Virus record (IMG/VR): IMGVR_UViG_3300022689_000474
Span: 64,001-128,000 of that record
Length of the DNA stretch: 64,000 bases
Source of the DNA: a virus
Strand: one strand, 5' to 3'
Shown here: in pieces, positions 11,101-20,374 of the stretch
How positions within the stretch are numbered: position 1 is the stretch's first letter
How the letters are laid out: each line of letters begins with the position of its first letter
Notes under the pieces: model-generated
What the model was told of the DNA's origin: nothing
Database searches by the model: none
Seen by the model: only the letters and a program-made list of their open reading frames with translations
Position numbers and translations under genes: made by a program

Positions 11101-11522
11101 GTGATGATTATACTTTAGGTTATTTATACTCTGAAGGGAGTCATGATGATGAGTATTTAATAACTGATATGAATATACCTCCAGTAGTTATGAGAAATGT
11201 AATGGATAAGAAAGGTTTAGGTGTTAGTCTTTCTTTCATTACGTTAAATAATATATACTCATGTAATCCTAAAAATGAAGGAGATATATATATAACTCCT
11301 CCATCAAGTATAATGCCAGAAATATCATCTTCATTAATATGTACTAGTGATTGTTATGACGTATATAGAATTTCTATACCTGAAACATATCCTTATCCAC
11401 TATATATAAATAACGATGGAGATCCTCCAAATATTCTATATGTTTCTACAATTCCACTTGAAGGTAGTATAGATGTGTTAATTCCTCCAAATACTCAGAA
11501 AGTGATAATGATCAATCCTTAA
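8178..11522 (+). CDS. Large baseplate wedge protein: six-hairpin glycosidase-like middle domain plus a C-terminal gpI/gp48-like wedge domain
   Basis: C-terminal ARGVLLDQEGEDILMPRFDGEVYLDYLDRM...GTRQGL is a wedge motif. The middle helical region (SLAWLLYAL...YKSFINRIANYL...TSTNIVTCLALLKAYDVT) resembles (alpha/alpha)6 glycosidases. Follows the J gene. Confidence 0.65.
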   Translation: MSCYYDNYNSLRFLSTLDDIYNSSKSLRLEFQLLDFYPSSTTPSVLRGSIKGLDLYRNYTDLFEPGCFQSGCFMEPGSWSEYDEMDLVPDYSNSPLFSTDCFSIGCWDDFSHSCSISIYSSDTPNICNSNYELVDSYTDCIGYSPILEDYFDPPSSPNVRNFTMGHYVYLSNRYRQYITKLNRYYSGSLEGNSYVERGTTREKYFITYQNMFGSECYTNVPSPMGLLNLYFVGGTSPVLLASFSPDRSIVCKYNQTYSFEGKSYSSLLFIGSRAVIHEIEFLKSEFILNPPNLTYKDCNNYSSPRIITRSNRNFLYKDDSGLRLLWYPGSLDEIGNSYVVDIGYINDRYGEEGLITYYDYNVPLNSNGIFKSTTTMIDGILAIRLKRVTKYNITILRVFIYPLDIHLMRTYYLLGERSRDSNIVNLEALSISLIQIMLSGHLEDHLCVERRGHWYLEPYLRKVLKEEFDILYKLIDNISDLKYLSRYGSIPLRLSVFGISEPIYDDNYFPSFSKGLFVDYLFEPGCFDNCIYLEGADREISNRSLAWLLYALCSYSRVFPSDRNRYKSFINRIANYLISNIDHRYRLIYKGWTHNDIYSYSELIDDYPTSTNIVTCLALLKAYDVTKETAFLEVGTDLYQGILNYLYLPDMQVCAHSLDIDGVSLDSLLHSLWLFLELNNAPFVEKILNLLLIRLKPRDDIDVYTSIYYEDQMEDIENIYYNGLLITTINKDNSILSSIPFNMTEEDFINTLNDEEYQFIYLSLLSHRLNEALNTYSFDPLYIPIIDHFKNKLNQYDCLTHSYHSLIRTNILNNNLLFGHKLFKIECLESVNTLIASRKYLYNKLKGSIPTRFNWFSRASLLPSGNMGKMLLTFSKALAPISILISRISEFFILKDARGVLLDQEGEDILMPRFDGEVYLDYLDRMKKFMHIENGTRQGLMNLFELYHINSNTYRKKVIGTSDIYNTSYNSEFISDDYTLGYLYSEGSHDDEYLITDMNIPPVVMRNVMDKKGLGVSLSFITLNNIYSCNPKNEGDIYITPPSSIMPEISSSLICTSDCYDVYRISIPETYPYPLYINNDGDPPNILYVSTIPLEGSIDVLIPPNTQKVIMINP

Positions 11523-11528
11523 TATATT

Positions 11529-12668
11529 ATGAATAAAGATCAAGTAAAGTTAATTATAGTAAAGGTAAATCCTTATACTCTTAGTACTGCTATTATTGCT
11601 TATAAATTAGGAATAAGAAATATAACTCTTATAGATAATAACCCTTTAAAGTACTGGGGACCTGTATATAAGCCCTTAAAGTTAGAAATGAATACTCCAG
11701 TTACTATGGACTTAGTATCTATGAGTAATATAGGTAGAGAATATTCTCTTGCTAAGTTCTTAGACTTTATAGATAAATATCCTTTGTCTCAAGCTAATAT
11801 AGAAGGAAGTAAAACTTTTATACCATATATAAAATTCAGAAAGTATTTAGAAAATACAGTAATGAGTTTAAAAGGTTATGGAATAAAGTTTATAGAAAAG
11901 GGTATAGAAGGTATATATAGTAATTATATAAAGTTAGAAGATAATTCTTCTATAAATTTTACACATATTGTATTAGGTTATGAGGATTATGAAGAGATAT
12001 ATCCATCTTGGATTACCTCAACACAAATAGGTGATAAGAGATTAGATGATATTATGATACAAGATATGGAAAAGGATTTAGATATAAAATGTGCTATTGT
12101 TGGGACAAGTAATAAATGTTTATATTATTGTAATTTATTATCAGAAAAGAATATACAAAATACTTGGTTCCCAGATAAAAGGTTTATAAATAGAAAATAT
12201 GTTTTACCTTCTTTTAGAGAATGGAGTTCTAAGACTGCTTATTCTTCTTATTATTCAAATATACCATCTAAGTATTTCAAACAGAAATATAAAAATTCTA
12301 TAGAGAATTATCCAATTGGTCTTAAAGCTTCTTTATTAAATCATTTAAATAACTATAAAGAAAGTAAAAGAGTAGATACAGAATTGACTAGTTCTAAAAA
12401 AGTTAATGATCAAATAAATAGATATGAATTTATTTATTGTGATTTACAGAAATCATATAATATATCAGCGTTACCTATAAAAGATAAATTATCTAAATCA
12501 GAGGTATATACAACTTTACCTAAATTAAGGAATACATATAATGCAATAGATAATGAGAAAATGTTTTTCATAGGACCTTATAGTATGGATATTGGAGGTG
12601 TATTTCAATCTACACTTAATTCTACTGGATATACATCTGAGATAATAATAAAAGAAATAATAAAATAG
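11529..12668 (+). CDS. Degenerate FAD/NAD(P)-dependent monooxygenase homolog (IucD/PvdA-like fold)
   Basis: Two Rossmann-like units (KLIIVKVNPYTLSTAI...ITLID; CAIVGTSNKCL) and C-terminal MFFIGPYSMDIGG. The GxGxxG glycines are largely lost. Confidence 0.6.
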   Translation: MNKDQVKLIIVKVNPYTLSTAIIAYKLGIRNITLIDNNPLKYWGPVYKPLKLEMNTPVTMDLVSMSNIGREYSLAKFLDFIDKYPLSQANIEGSKTFIPYIKFRKYLENTVMSLKGYGIKFIEKGIEGIYSNYIKLEDNSSINFTHIVLGYEDYEEIYPSWITSTQIGDKRLDDIMIQDMEKDLDIKCAIVGTSNKCLYYCNLLSEKNIQNTWFPDKRFINRKYVLPSFREWSSKTAYSSYYSNIPSKYFKQKYKNSIENYPIGLKASLLNHLNNYKESKRVDTELTSSKKVNDQINRYEFIYCDLQKSYNISALPIKDKLSKSEVYTTLPKLRNTYNAIDNEKMFFIGPYSMDIGGVFQSTLNSTGYTSEIIIKEIIK

Positions 12669-12677
12669 GTACAAGAT

Positions 12678-13214
12678 ATGAATCCTTATAAGTACCAAAC
12701 TTTCAATACATTAACTTTTGCTGGTAGAAGAAAAAGAGCTTTATATTTTATACAAGGGATATATGAACCATATATAGTATTAGCTAAGCCAACTATTTGG
12801 AATTCAGATGATATTCCTCCAACAGATTATCCCAATGATATTGAATTTATATCTGAACCTATAATATATAAGAAAGTAATATCTATAGAGATATTAGAAG
12901 GTAATGCTTGTAATATAAAAAATGCTAATAAGTTTTCATATATAAATAATGGGTTTATAAAGACTTATCAAGAAGATACTGTTCAAGTAATAATAACTAC
13001 TCGTTTAAATTCTTTAGATATAGGTAGTACAAGTTTTAGGATTATTGGTTTATATTCAGATTTAGTATTAAGTAATGGTATTAGTCTTGATAAAGAAATA
13101 TATCAACCATATGAAGTTAAAGACCCGGGTATACTCCATTGGTTTAGTATATCTACACCTCTTACATTTAACTATGAAGATAGTAGGGAGATAAATATAG
13201 TATTATTATTCTAA
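12678..13214 (+). CDS. Baseplate wedge subunit, T4 gp8-like / Herelleviridae-type baseplate protein
   Basis: YIVLAKPTIWNSDDIPP and FRIIGLYSDL motifs; 178 aa; immediately before the DUF4815 gene. Confidence 0.75.
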   Translation: MNPYKYQTFNTLTFAGRRKRALYFIQGIYEPYIVLAKPTIWNSDDIPPTDYPNDIEFISEPIIYKKVISIEILEGNACNIKNANKFSYINNGFIKTYQEDTVQVIITTRLNSLDIGSTSFRIIGLYSDLVLSNGISLDKEIYQPYEVKDPGILHWFSISTPLTFNYEDSREINIVLLF

Positions 13215-13227
13215 AAATAGTTCTGAT

Positions 13228-16200
13228 ATGAGTGAAATATATAGTTATAAAAGTTTAGATATATATAGAGATAGGGCTTCATCTGATAAGAATTGGTTGA
13301 GGATTATACCAATACCTGGTCGTCCTATACAAAATAATGAGTTGATAGAATTACAATCTATAGTACAAAATCAACTTAAATTGGCCTTATCTTCTATATA
13401 TAAAAATCATTCTCCTATAGATGGATTACGTATATATATACAAGAAAATACTATTAAAGTTACTCCTGGTAAATTCTTTATAGATGGATTTGTTTTAGAT
13501 ATACCAAGTGCTATCTTCTCTCAAAATATAGCTGTAGATAGTCAAACAGCTTTACTTAATAGTATTGATTTTGAAGAGACAATAACCATTGGTATTAAAG
13601 TAGATGAACAGATAATTACAGAAATAGAAGATCCTAGTCTTAGAGATCTTATTAATAATACAAATTTATATGGTTATCCAGGAGCTCATAGATTAGTTTG
13701 GAATGCTAAGGTAGTGTTTAATGATCCCTCTTCATTTCAAATAGGTTATGTAAAAAGAGGAGTTGTTTATCAAAGTAGAATATCATCTATAGGTAAATTA
13801 GAAGATCTTATAGCTCTTACAAATTATGAAAGAAATGGCAATTATATATCTTCAGGATACGAAGTAGAAGCTAATAATCAATTTACATCTATAAATCAAT
13901 TTGTAAATTATAGTGGATATTATTCTCCTGAAAGTACTAATTTAAAGTTTATTAGATCTTTACAAGAATCTTTAGACGAAGCTCAGTTAAATTATGATAA
14001 TTTATCTACTTCTCTATCTTCTGCTTTGAGAGATTATAATAATAATCCTACTGATACAGCATCTTCTTTTATTAATAAAAGTTCTAAAAGATTAAATAAT
14101 ATTTTATATGATATAGATTTTTATAGATCTAAATTATCTGAATCTATAAATAATCTAAATGTAGATTATGGAAACTTGAGATCAGAAGGTATTATAGATG
14201 AAATTATAGTTGCTCCTGGTATTGCTTCTGTAAAGGGGTATCGTGTAGAGAAATCATCTTCTACTAAATTCTCTATACCTAGAGTTTTAAGTGAAGGTAG
14301 GGTTATAGGGGCTAAATTTAGATATCGTAATGATAATTCTGTAACCCGTAGATCAATTTTATTACATGAAGGTTATACCATACCTGGAATTAAAACTTTA
14401 GAAAAAGAATTATATATATCTTTATCAGGTATTTTATATCAAGAATTATCTCTTTCTCCTAAAATTACTGTTTTATTAAATAATAATCTACCTGAATATG
14501 TCATTAATATGGATTCTCTTATAGATTTCATTGTTAATGAATTAGTATTCTCTATATCTCTACATCCTAATATTCAGATATATGATCATACATCTCCAGA
14601 TAGGGATAGAGTAGTATTAAGATCTATAATTAATAATAATTTAATAATATCTAAGGTATCAAATAATACGATAGAGTTTTCTTCTATAACAGCATCTATA
14701 AAGATGATAAATACAACTACATCAACAGACTTTATGGAGTGGGATAGGAGGAGTACATATATAGGGGATGCTTCTACTCTTAGAGATTTTCAATTGGGGT
14801 TTAGACCAGTAGTAGAAATAGATTCATTAGTAGCTGACTTAGAAAAGTTAAATGAAGCGGTTATAAGGAGTAATGGAGATAGAGATATGTTAGGAGATGA
14901 TTCAGTATTTTCAGTTATTAGAGTATTCCAAGGTGGTATATCATTTACAGAAAATATAGATTTTATACTAGATGGTCTCAATAGTATAAGATGGATCTCT
15001 TCTAATAGACCAAATCTTAATAGTATTTATTATGTTAGTTATATATATACTGAACCATTAGAACAAGATATACATTATAGATTAAATAGATTAAATGACA
15101 GTATAGAGTTTATAAGTGATAAGAAACCAGTACAAGGAGGTACTTTTACTGTAGATTATACATATGCTATAGATAGATATGGTTATGTTTCTTTGAATAG
15201 ATTTGGAAATATTAAAGTACAATTCAATGAGTTAGATGTAAAGGTAATACCATCTCCACCTAAAGATGAATTATTATTATCTAAATTAGTAATGAATCCA
15301 AAGGGAATAGAAGTATATAATAATGAGTATTCTAAATCCCTTACAGTCTCTCAATTAAATAGTTTCGAACAGAGATTAAAGGAAATAGAAATAAATATAG
15401 ATACTACTCTTGATATTATAGAAGGTTATGGTTATGTAAGTAGTGAAACACCTCTTAGTATATCTAAAAGTTTCTTATTTGAAAAGCTTAATGAAGATAT
15501 TAATTATGTAGAAAGTACTTTCTCCTATTTACCTCTTATAGGAGCAGCAGGACCTATATCTTATTATGCAGATTTAGAATTAAGAAGAGTATCAGGAGGA
15601 CATTTAATAAGGAATAATTTAGATAATACACCAAGTGCTGTTTGTTTACCTTATTCTAATAATACTTTACCTATTGGAGTAGAAAGGGAAACTACTTCAA
15701 GTATTAATCTAACTTATATAGAAAGAGATAGAGCATATATACACGTATCTCCCAGATCATTCTTTTATAATTACACAGCTGATTCTACTGATACTAATGT
15801 GACGTATCCATCATCATATATATCTTTATTACTTTCTAATAATATCAACTCTCCAAGTATTAGTAAGTTTGCTAGATCATTATTTAGAAATTATACAAGA
15901 TATATATTACCCCTTAATTATGATGTACAGAGTAGTATTGAATATGGTATCTCTTATGATACTTTATATACTTTAGATGAATTGAAAGATCTAGAGGGTC
16001 TTTCAGGTATAAAGATAAGACCTGATTATATCTTAGTATACTCCTGGAATTTACCTAAATCTAAAAAAGGATTTACTGTATATATAGATGGTGATCTAGT
16101 AGATAATTTAATCCCTTTAGAAGGAACTCAAATAGTAGGTAATACTCTTACTTCATCATTTGAAGGAGAGCTAAAGTTTAAGATATTTTTACCATCTGAC

Positions 16201-17514
16201 TTGAATACCGGGTCATATATTATCTCTATAGTTAGAGGAGCTTTTAAAGCTGAAGGAATATTTAATATAATGAATAATCCAGTTAATAATATGGTAATGA
16301 GTTCTAATAATATTTGGGATAGTAGTGTAGATCTCCTTACTTATTCAGATCAATGGAACTATTCTGAAGGTATTATTAATACCAATTCTACTTATGATAT
16401 CTCTGTTAGTGATACTTCATCTAGTAGTCTTTATACTAATTCTAGAAGTCCTATTAATCAATTATTTATATGTTCTTCTACTTTCTTTATAGATTCTATA
16501 GATATTAGTTATACTAATTTAGGTATTAGTGGTACATATATATTATTTAGAGAAACATTATTATCAGGAGAATATTCTAATGTAGAATATATTCCTAGTG
16601 AAAGTGTATTATCTAAAGGATTTCCTATATCTACAATAGTAGAAGATGGTATTAGTACAATAACTTATAAATTTCCTGAGCCTATAAAAGTTAATAGAGG
16701 AGATATATATTGTGTAAGTATAGAGAGTCTTGGAGACGAATATACTTTACTTACTAATAACTTTAATTATAAAGAGGATAATGATTATCTCATCTTTTAT
16801 GATGATTATAATAATTACAAATTATTATTATCTAGTGATGGATATTCTCTAATAGAATCTTCTAATCAAAACTTAATATATAATCTAAATATATGTAATT
16901 TCTCAGAAGATATGATAGTTACTGTTGATTTAGGTAATTATAATCATCCTTCTTCAAGTATTATATCTCACTTCTCTTTAAATTGTGGTTTATTAGTACC
17001 TGAAAGTACTTCCATTTCATTTGAATATAATGGAGGTTCAGGATGGAAATCATTCTATCCTAATTCTTTAATCAGTATAGATAGTAATAGTAGTGTATTA
17101 AGTTTAAGAGCTAATTTATATAGTAGTGATGTAAATGTATCTCCAATTTTATCTTTAGAAGGAAGTTCTGTTGCTTTATATACAAATTCAGGAAGTATTA
17201 TTATATATAGTAAACCAATTATATCTACAGATACTTATACAAATGTAGAAGTTCATATAGAACTAAAAGTAAATAGTACTACTACTATGTCAGTTATAGG
17301 GTCATCAACTTCTGGAGATACTTGGTTCAACTTAAATAAAGATCCTAGAGAATTCTTAATTGATTCAACAGGTACAGTTGTTAGGTATATATATAGAAAG
17401 GTAGATTTACCTTCAAATGTAATAAGGAATAATTTTATATTTAAGATAAATTGTAATTTCACCCAGGCTCATGACTTTTCTTTTATAAAAGTTATAAAAG
17501 TATATGCCTATTAA
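13228..17514 (+). CDS. DUF4815-type baseplate / adsorption-associated tail protein
   Basis: N-terminal YRDR...WLRIIPIPGRPIQNNELIELQSIVQNQ, ITEIEDPSLRD...YPGAHRL and VAPGIASVKGYRVE. Confidence 0.82.
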   Translation: MSEIYSYKSLDIYRDRASSDKNWLRIIPIPGRPIQNNELIELQSIVQNQLKLALSSIYKNHSPIDGLRIYIQENTIKVTPGKFFIDGFVLDIPSAIFSQNIAVDSQTALLNSIDFEETITIGIKVDEQIITEIEDPSLRDLINNTNLYGYPGAHRLVWNAKVVFNDPSSFQIGYVKRGVVYQSRISSIGKLEDLIALTNYERNGNYISSGYEVEANNQFTSINQFVNYSGYYSPESTNLKFIRSLQESLDEAQLNYDNLSTSLSSALRDYNNNPTDTASSFINKSSKRLNNILYDIDFYRSKLSESINNLNVDYGNLRSEGIIDEIIVAPGIASVKGYRVEKSSSTKFSIPRVLSEGRVIGAKFRYRNDNSVTRRSILLHEGYTIPGIKTLEKELYISLSGILYQELSLSPKITVLLNNNLPEYVINMDSLIDFIVNELVFSISLHPNIQIYDHTSPDRDRVVLRSIINNNLIISKVSNNTIEFSSITASIKMINTTTSTDFMEWDRRSTYIGDASTLRDFQLGFRPVVEIDSLVADLEKLNEAVIRSNGDRDMLGDDSVFSVIRVFQGGISFTENIDFILDGLNSIRWISSNRPNLNSIYYVSYIYTEPLEQDIHYRLNRLNDSIEFISDKKPVQGGTFTVDYTYAIDRYGYVSLNRFGNIKVQFNELDVKVIPSPPKDELLLSKLVMNPKGIEVYNNEYSKSLTVSQLNSFEQRLKEIEINIDTTLDIIEGYGYVSSETPLSISKSFLFEKLNEDINYVESTFSYLPLIGAAGPISYYADLELRRVSGGHLIRNNLDNTPSAVCLPYSNNTLPIGVERETTSSINLTYIERDRAYIHVSPRSFFYNYTADSTDTNVTYPSSYISLLLSNNINSPSISKFARSLFRNYTRYILPLNYDVQSSIEYGISYDTLYTLDELKDLEGLSGIKIRPDYILVYSWNLPKSKKGFTVYIDGDLVDNLIPLEGTQIVGNTLTSSFEGELKFKIFLPSDLNTGSYIISIVRGAFKAEGIFNIMNNPVNNMVMSSNNIWDSSVDLLTYSDQWNYSEGIINTNSTYDISVSDTSSSSLYTNSRSPINQLFICSSTFFIDSIDISYTNLGISGTYILFRETLLSGEYSNVEYIPSESVLSKGFPISTIVEDGISTITYKFPEPIKVNRGDIYCVSIESLGDEYTLLTNNFNYKEDNDYLIFYDDYNNYKLLLSSDGYSLIESSNQNLIYNLNICNFSEDMIVTVDLGNYNHPSSSIISHFSLNCGLLVPESTSISFEYNGGSGWKSFYPNSLISIDSNSSVLSLRANLYSSDVNVSPILSLEGSSVALYTNSGSIIIYSKPIISTDTYTNVEVHIELKVNSTTTMSVIGSSTSGDTWFNLNKDPREFLIDSTGTVVRYIYRKVDLPSNVIRNNFIFKINCNFTQAHDFSFIKVIKVYAY

Positions 17515-17526
17515 ATTAATAAACAA

Positions 17527-20337
17527 ATGTCTGAGTACTTAGATACAAATTCTATAAATTATTTAGACCGTTCTAATAATTTGAATTATAAATATAAAAA
17601 GATATTATATAGATCAGGAGTTAGAATCCAAGTATCTGAATTATTAGAAACTCAAGGACTCTTAATATCTCAAATTGTTGATTCTTTATCTAATATACAT
17701 GGAAATATTAGAATTCTAAATGGTTTAAAAGTTAGAAAGACTAAAATTATAGAGGATAGACAAAACTTTTCTATAGATACGGGTACCGTTTTATTTAATG
17801 TAAATGAAGTAAAACTTATATTATATATACCATTTATTAGATTTTCTTTACCTGTTGTAACTGAAGATAATTTCTCATGGCATTTATCTCTTAGTTTGAA
17901 AAAAGAAGTAATTAGTTCTAAAAATTTATATCTATCAAGACAACTATCTATCTTACCTACTAGTTCAGATATATTAAAATATGAACCATATATAGGTATA
18001 AATGATCTTTTAGCCAACTTTATATTTACTTCTATATATAAAGTTGGTGATGATATAAAAATATATGATAGACATTCTAAAGAATCATCTATATCAATAA
18101 ACCCATCTACTAGATCAATTCCTAAAAGTATAGAAGATATTATATTCAAATCTCATCCTACTGAATCTGATCGATATATTATATCTGGACTTATAGTAAA
18201 GAAAATATCATCTACTAAAGTAAAGATATCTCCAGGTATTTGTTATATAAAATCTAATAGGATTCAACTCGGAGTTGGTTATATAATAAATCTATCAACT
18301 TTAAATATATCTATTAATGAAACTAGATCTATATGTATTTCAACTTTAGGAATTTTAGTAAAGAATGAAAGTTATTTAGATAAAGTTAATTTATTAAGTT
18401 TTGTAAATACTGAAGGCCCCTCAATAGGTACTTCTATAGCTAAAGATTCTTCATTTCCCATTTTAGAACTAGCTAAAGTATCTAGAATAAATTCAAATAC
18501 TTATGATGTAATAACGAGTCCCAATAGATTACCTCAATTTCGACTTAAAGATTTAGAGAATAGGTTAGATCAATTAAAATATCAAATAGCAGATTTACAA
18601 GTATACGCAGATAATATAAGTAGTAATCCAGGTTCATTATCAATAGGAGATACTATATCTGAATCTAACATATATACTCTTACAGATCATTCAGATATAG
18701 AAAATAACTTTTCATTTGATTCAAGAAATAAGACTATAAGTCTACCTGAAATTAATAATATTATCCCAGTATCTAGTTATACAAGTGGTGATATAAAAAT
18801 AACACCATCTATATATTCATTGGGTTCTATAGATAATTTAATTAGTACATATATAGATATAAATAATGGAATCTTTGAATTAATACAAGCTTCATCTGTA
18901 GATATAATATATACTAACCCTTGGTATTTACCAGATGATATAGAAACTTTAAGTGAAGATTTTAATATAGTAATATTTTGTATAGGTTTTAACCCCCTCG
19001 AAACTATTCTTTCTGTTCAATTAGGATCTATAGGGTTAGGTATCTCTAGTGTAGACTTTGGTAGGAGGGATACTAATTCTAATATATTAACTAGTCCTAC
19101 AGGATGTATTAAGTTAAGTTGCATTATACCTTCTGGTACTAATATAAAAGTAAATAGAATACTAACTGTACAAGGTGTAAATAATTCTATAACTAAATTA
19201 ATATCTCCGGAATATAAAGATATTTTAAATAGAAATAATCCATTTGAGATAGATTTAAAATCAAATATTATATCTCAAAGTATTACATCAAATACTAATG
19301 GATTAATAACTTCTATAAAGATATATATTAAATACACTGGTATAGAATTAACATATGAAGGTTTTTCTAGATCTCCAGCTTTAGTAATATTATTTGGATT
19401 AAATTCGGGAATAGAACCAAATTTAAATATATCTAATTATATATCAATGGGATATATAAGTATATATGAATTAATGAATATAAGTAATATTAATGGTTCT
19501 ATAGATATATCATTATTAGAGCCATATTATATAAAGGAACAAGAGGTATATAATATTACAATAATGTCATTAATAGATGGTTTACAGATAAAGTATCTAA
19601 ACTATTATGCAAATAATAATGCATATATGGAAGGTAGTTTAAGTGAAATGATATTCAATAAGACTTGGGAGGAAAGACATATAAAGGATTTAATGTTAGA
19701 TATAAAAGGTGTTAGAAACAATCTAGATAGTAATACAACTTTCACTAATATTATAAATACTAACGAACCTGTTAGTAGTTTAGAAATATATCCTGAGTCA
19801 CAGGAGATATCACAAAATATTGGTATATCTGTACTTACATCTCAAAGTCAACCATATAAAAGTAATTTAATTCTTCCAATTAATACATCATATATAGAAG
19901 TAAATTGGAATATAAACCCTCCTATATACGGTATAGATACATCTAAATACTTATATATAATGAAGAGTAAAAAACATAATGGTAGATGGATCTCTGTACC
20001 AATATTATTAAAAAGCATTCCAAGAAATTATATCTCTACGGTATTAGGAATAAGTAATAATAGTAGTTCAAAGATAAAAGTATATGTATCTCTAGATAAT
20101 AAAGAATCTTGGTTACCATTAGAGATTGGAAATATAGTACCTATAAGAACTAGTAATATAGAAAGTTCATTTTATCGACAAGAATGGACTCTTTCTATAA
20201 ATAACTTATCACTTATAAACCAAGTAAGGAGTATAAACTCCATTATATTGAGATTAGATTTAGATTTGATAGTCAATACATCTTATAATAATGACAATAT
20301 CCCATATATAAAAGATATTTCTATACTTATGGAATAA
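17527..20337 (+). CDS. Second, divergent DUF4815-type paralog
   Basis: YLDR...YKKILYRSGVRIQVSELLETQGLL, ISPGICYIKSNRI and LKDLENRLDQLK match segments of the upstream gene. Confidence 0.7.
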   Translation: MSEYLDTNSINYLDRSNNLNYKYKKILYRSGVRIQVSELLETQGLLISQIVDSLSNIHGNIRILNGLKVRKTKIIEDRQNFSIDTGTVLFNVNEVKLILYIPFIRFSLPVVTEDNFSWHLSLSLKKEVISSKNLYLSRQLSILPTSSDILKYEPYIGINDLLANFIFTSIYKVGDDIKIYDRHSKESSISINPSTRSIPKSIEDIIFKSHPTESDRYIISGLIVKKISSTKVKISPGICYIKSNRIQLGVGYIINLSTLNISINETRSICISTLGILVKNESYLDKVNLLSFVNTEGPSIGTSIAKDSSFPILELAKVSRINSNTYDVITSPNRLPQFRLKDLENRLDQLKYQIADLQVYADNISSNPGSLSIGDTISESNIYTLTDHSDIENNFSFDSRNKTISLPEINNIIPVSSYTSGDIKITPSIYSLGSIDNLISTYIDINNGIFELIQASSVDIIYTNPWYLPDDIETLSEDFNIVIFCIGFNPLETILSVQLGSIGLGISSVDFGRRDTNSNILTSPTGCIKLSCIIPSGTNIKVNRILTVQGVNNSITKLISPEYKDILNRNNPFEIDLKSNIISQSITSNTNGLITSIKIYIKYTGIELTYEGFSRSPALVILFGLNSGIEPNLNISNYISMGYISIYELMNISNINGSIDISLLEPYYIKEQEVYNITIMSLIDGLQIKYLNYYANNNAYMEGSLSEMIFNKTWEERHIKDLMLDIKGVRNNLDSNTTFTNIINTNEPVSSLEIYPESQEISQNIGISVLTSQSQPYKSNLILPINTSYIEVNWNINPPIYGIDTSKYLYIMKSKKHNGRWISVPILLKSIPRNYISTVLGISNNSSSKIKVYVSLDNKESWLPLEIGNIVPIRTSNIESSFYRQEWTLSINNLSLINQVRSINSIILRLDLDLIVNTSYNNDNIPYIKDISILME

Positions 20338-20374
20338 ATGATAATTATTTAATAACACTAATTACATTTTAATT

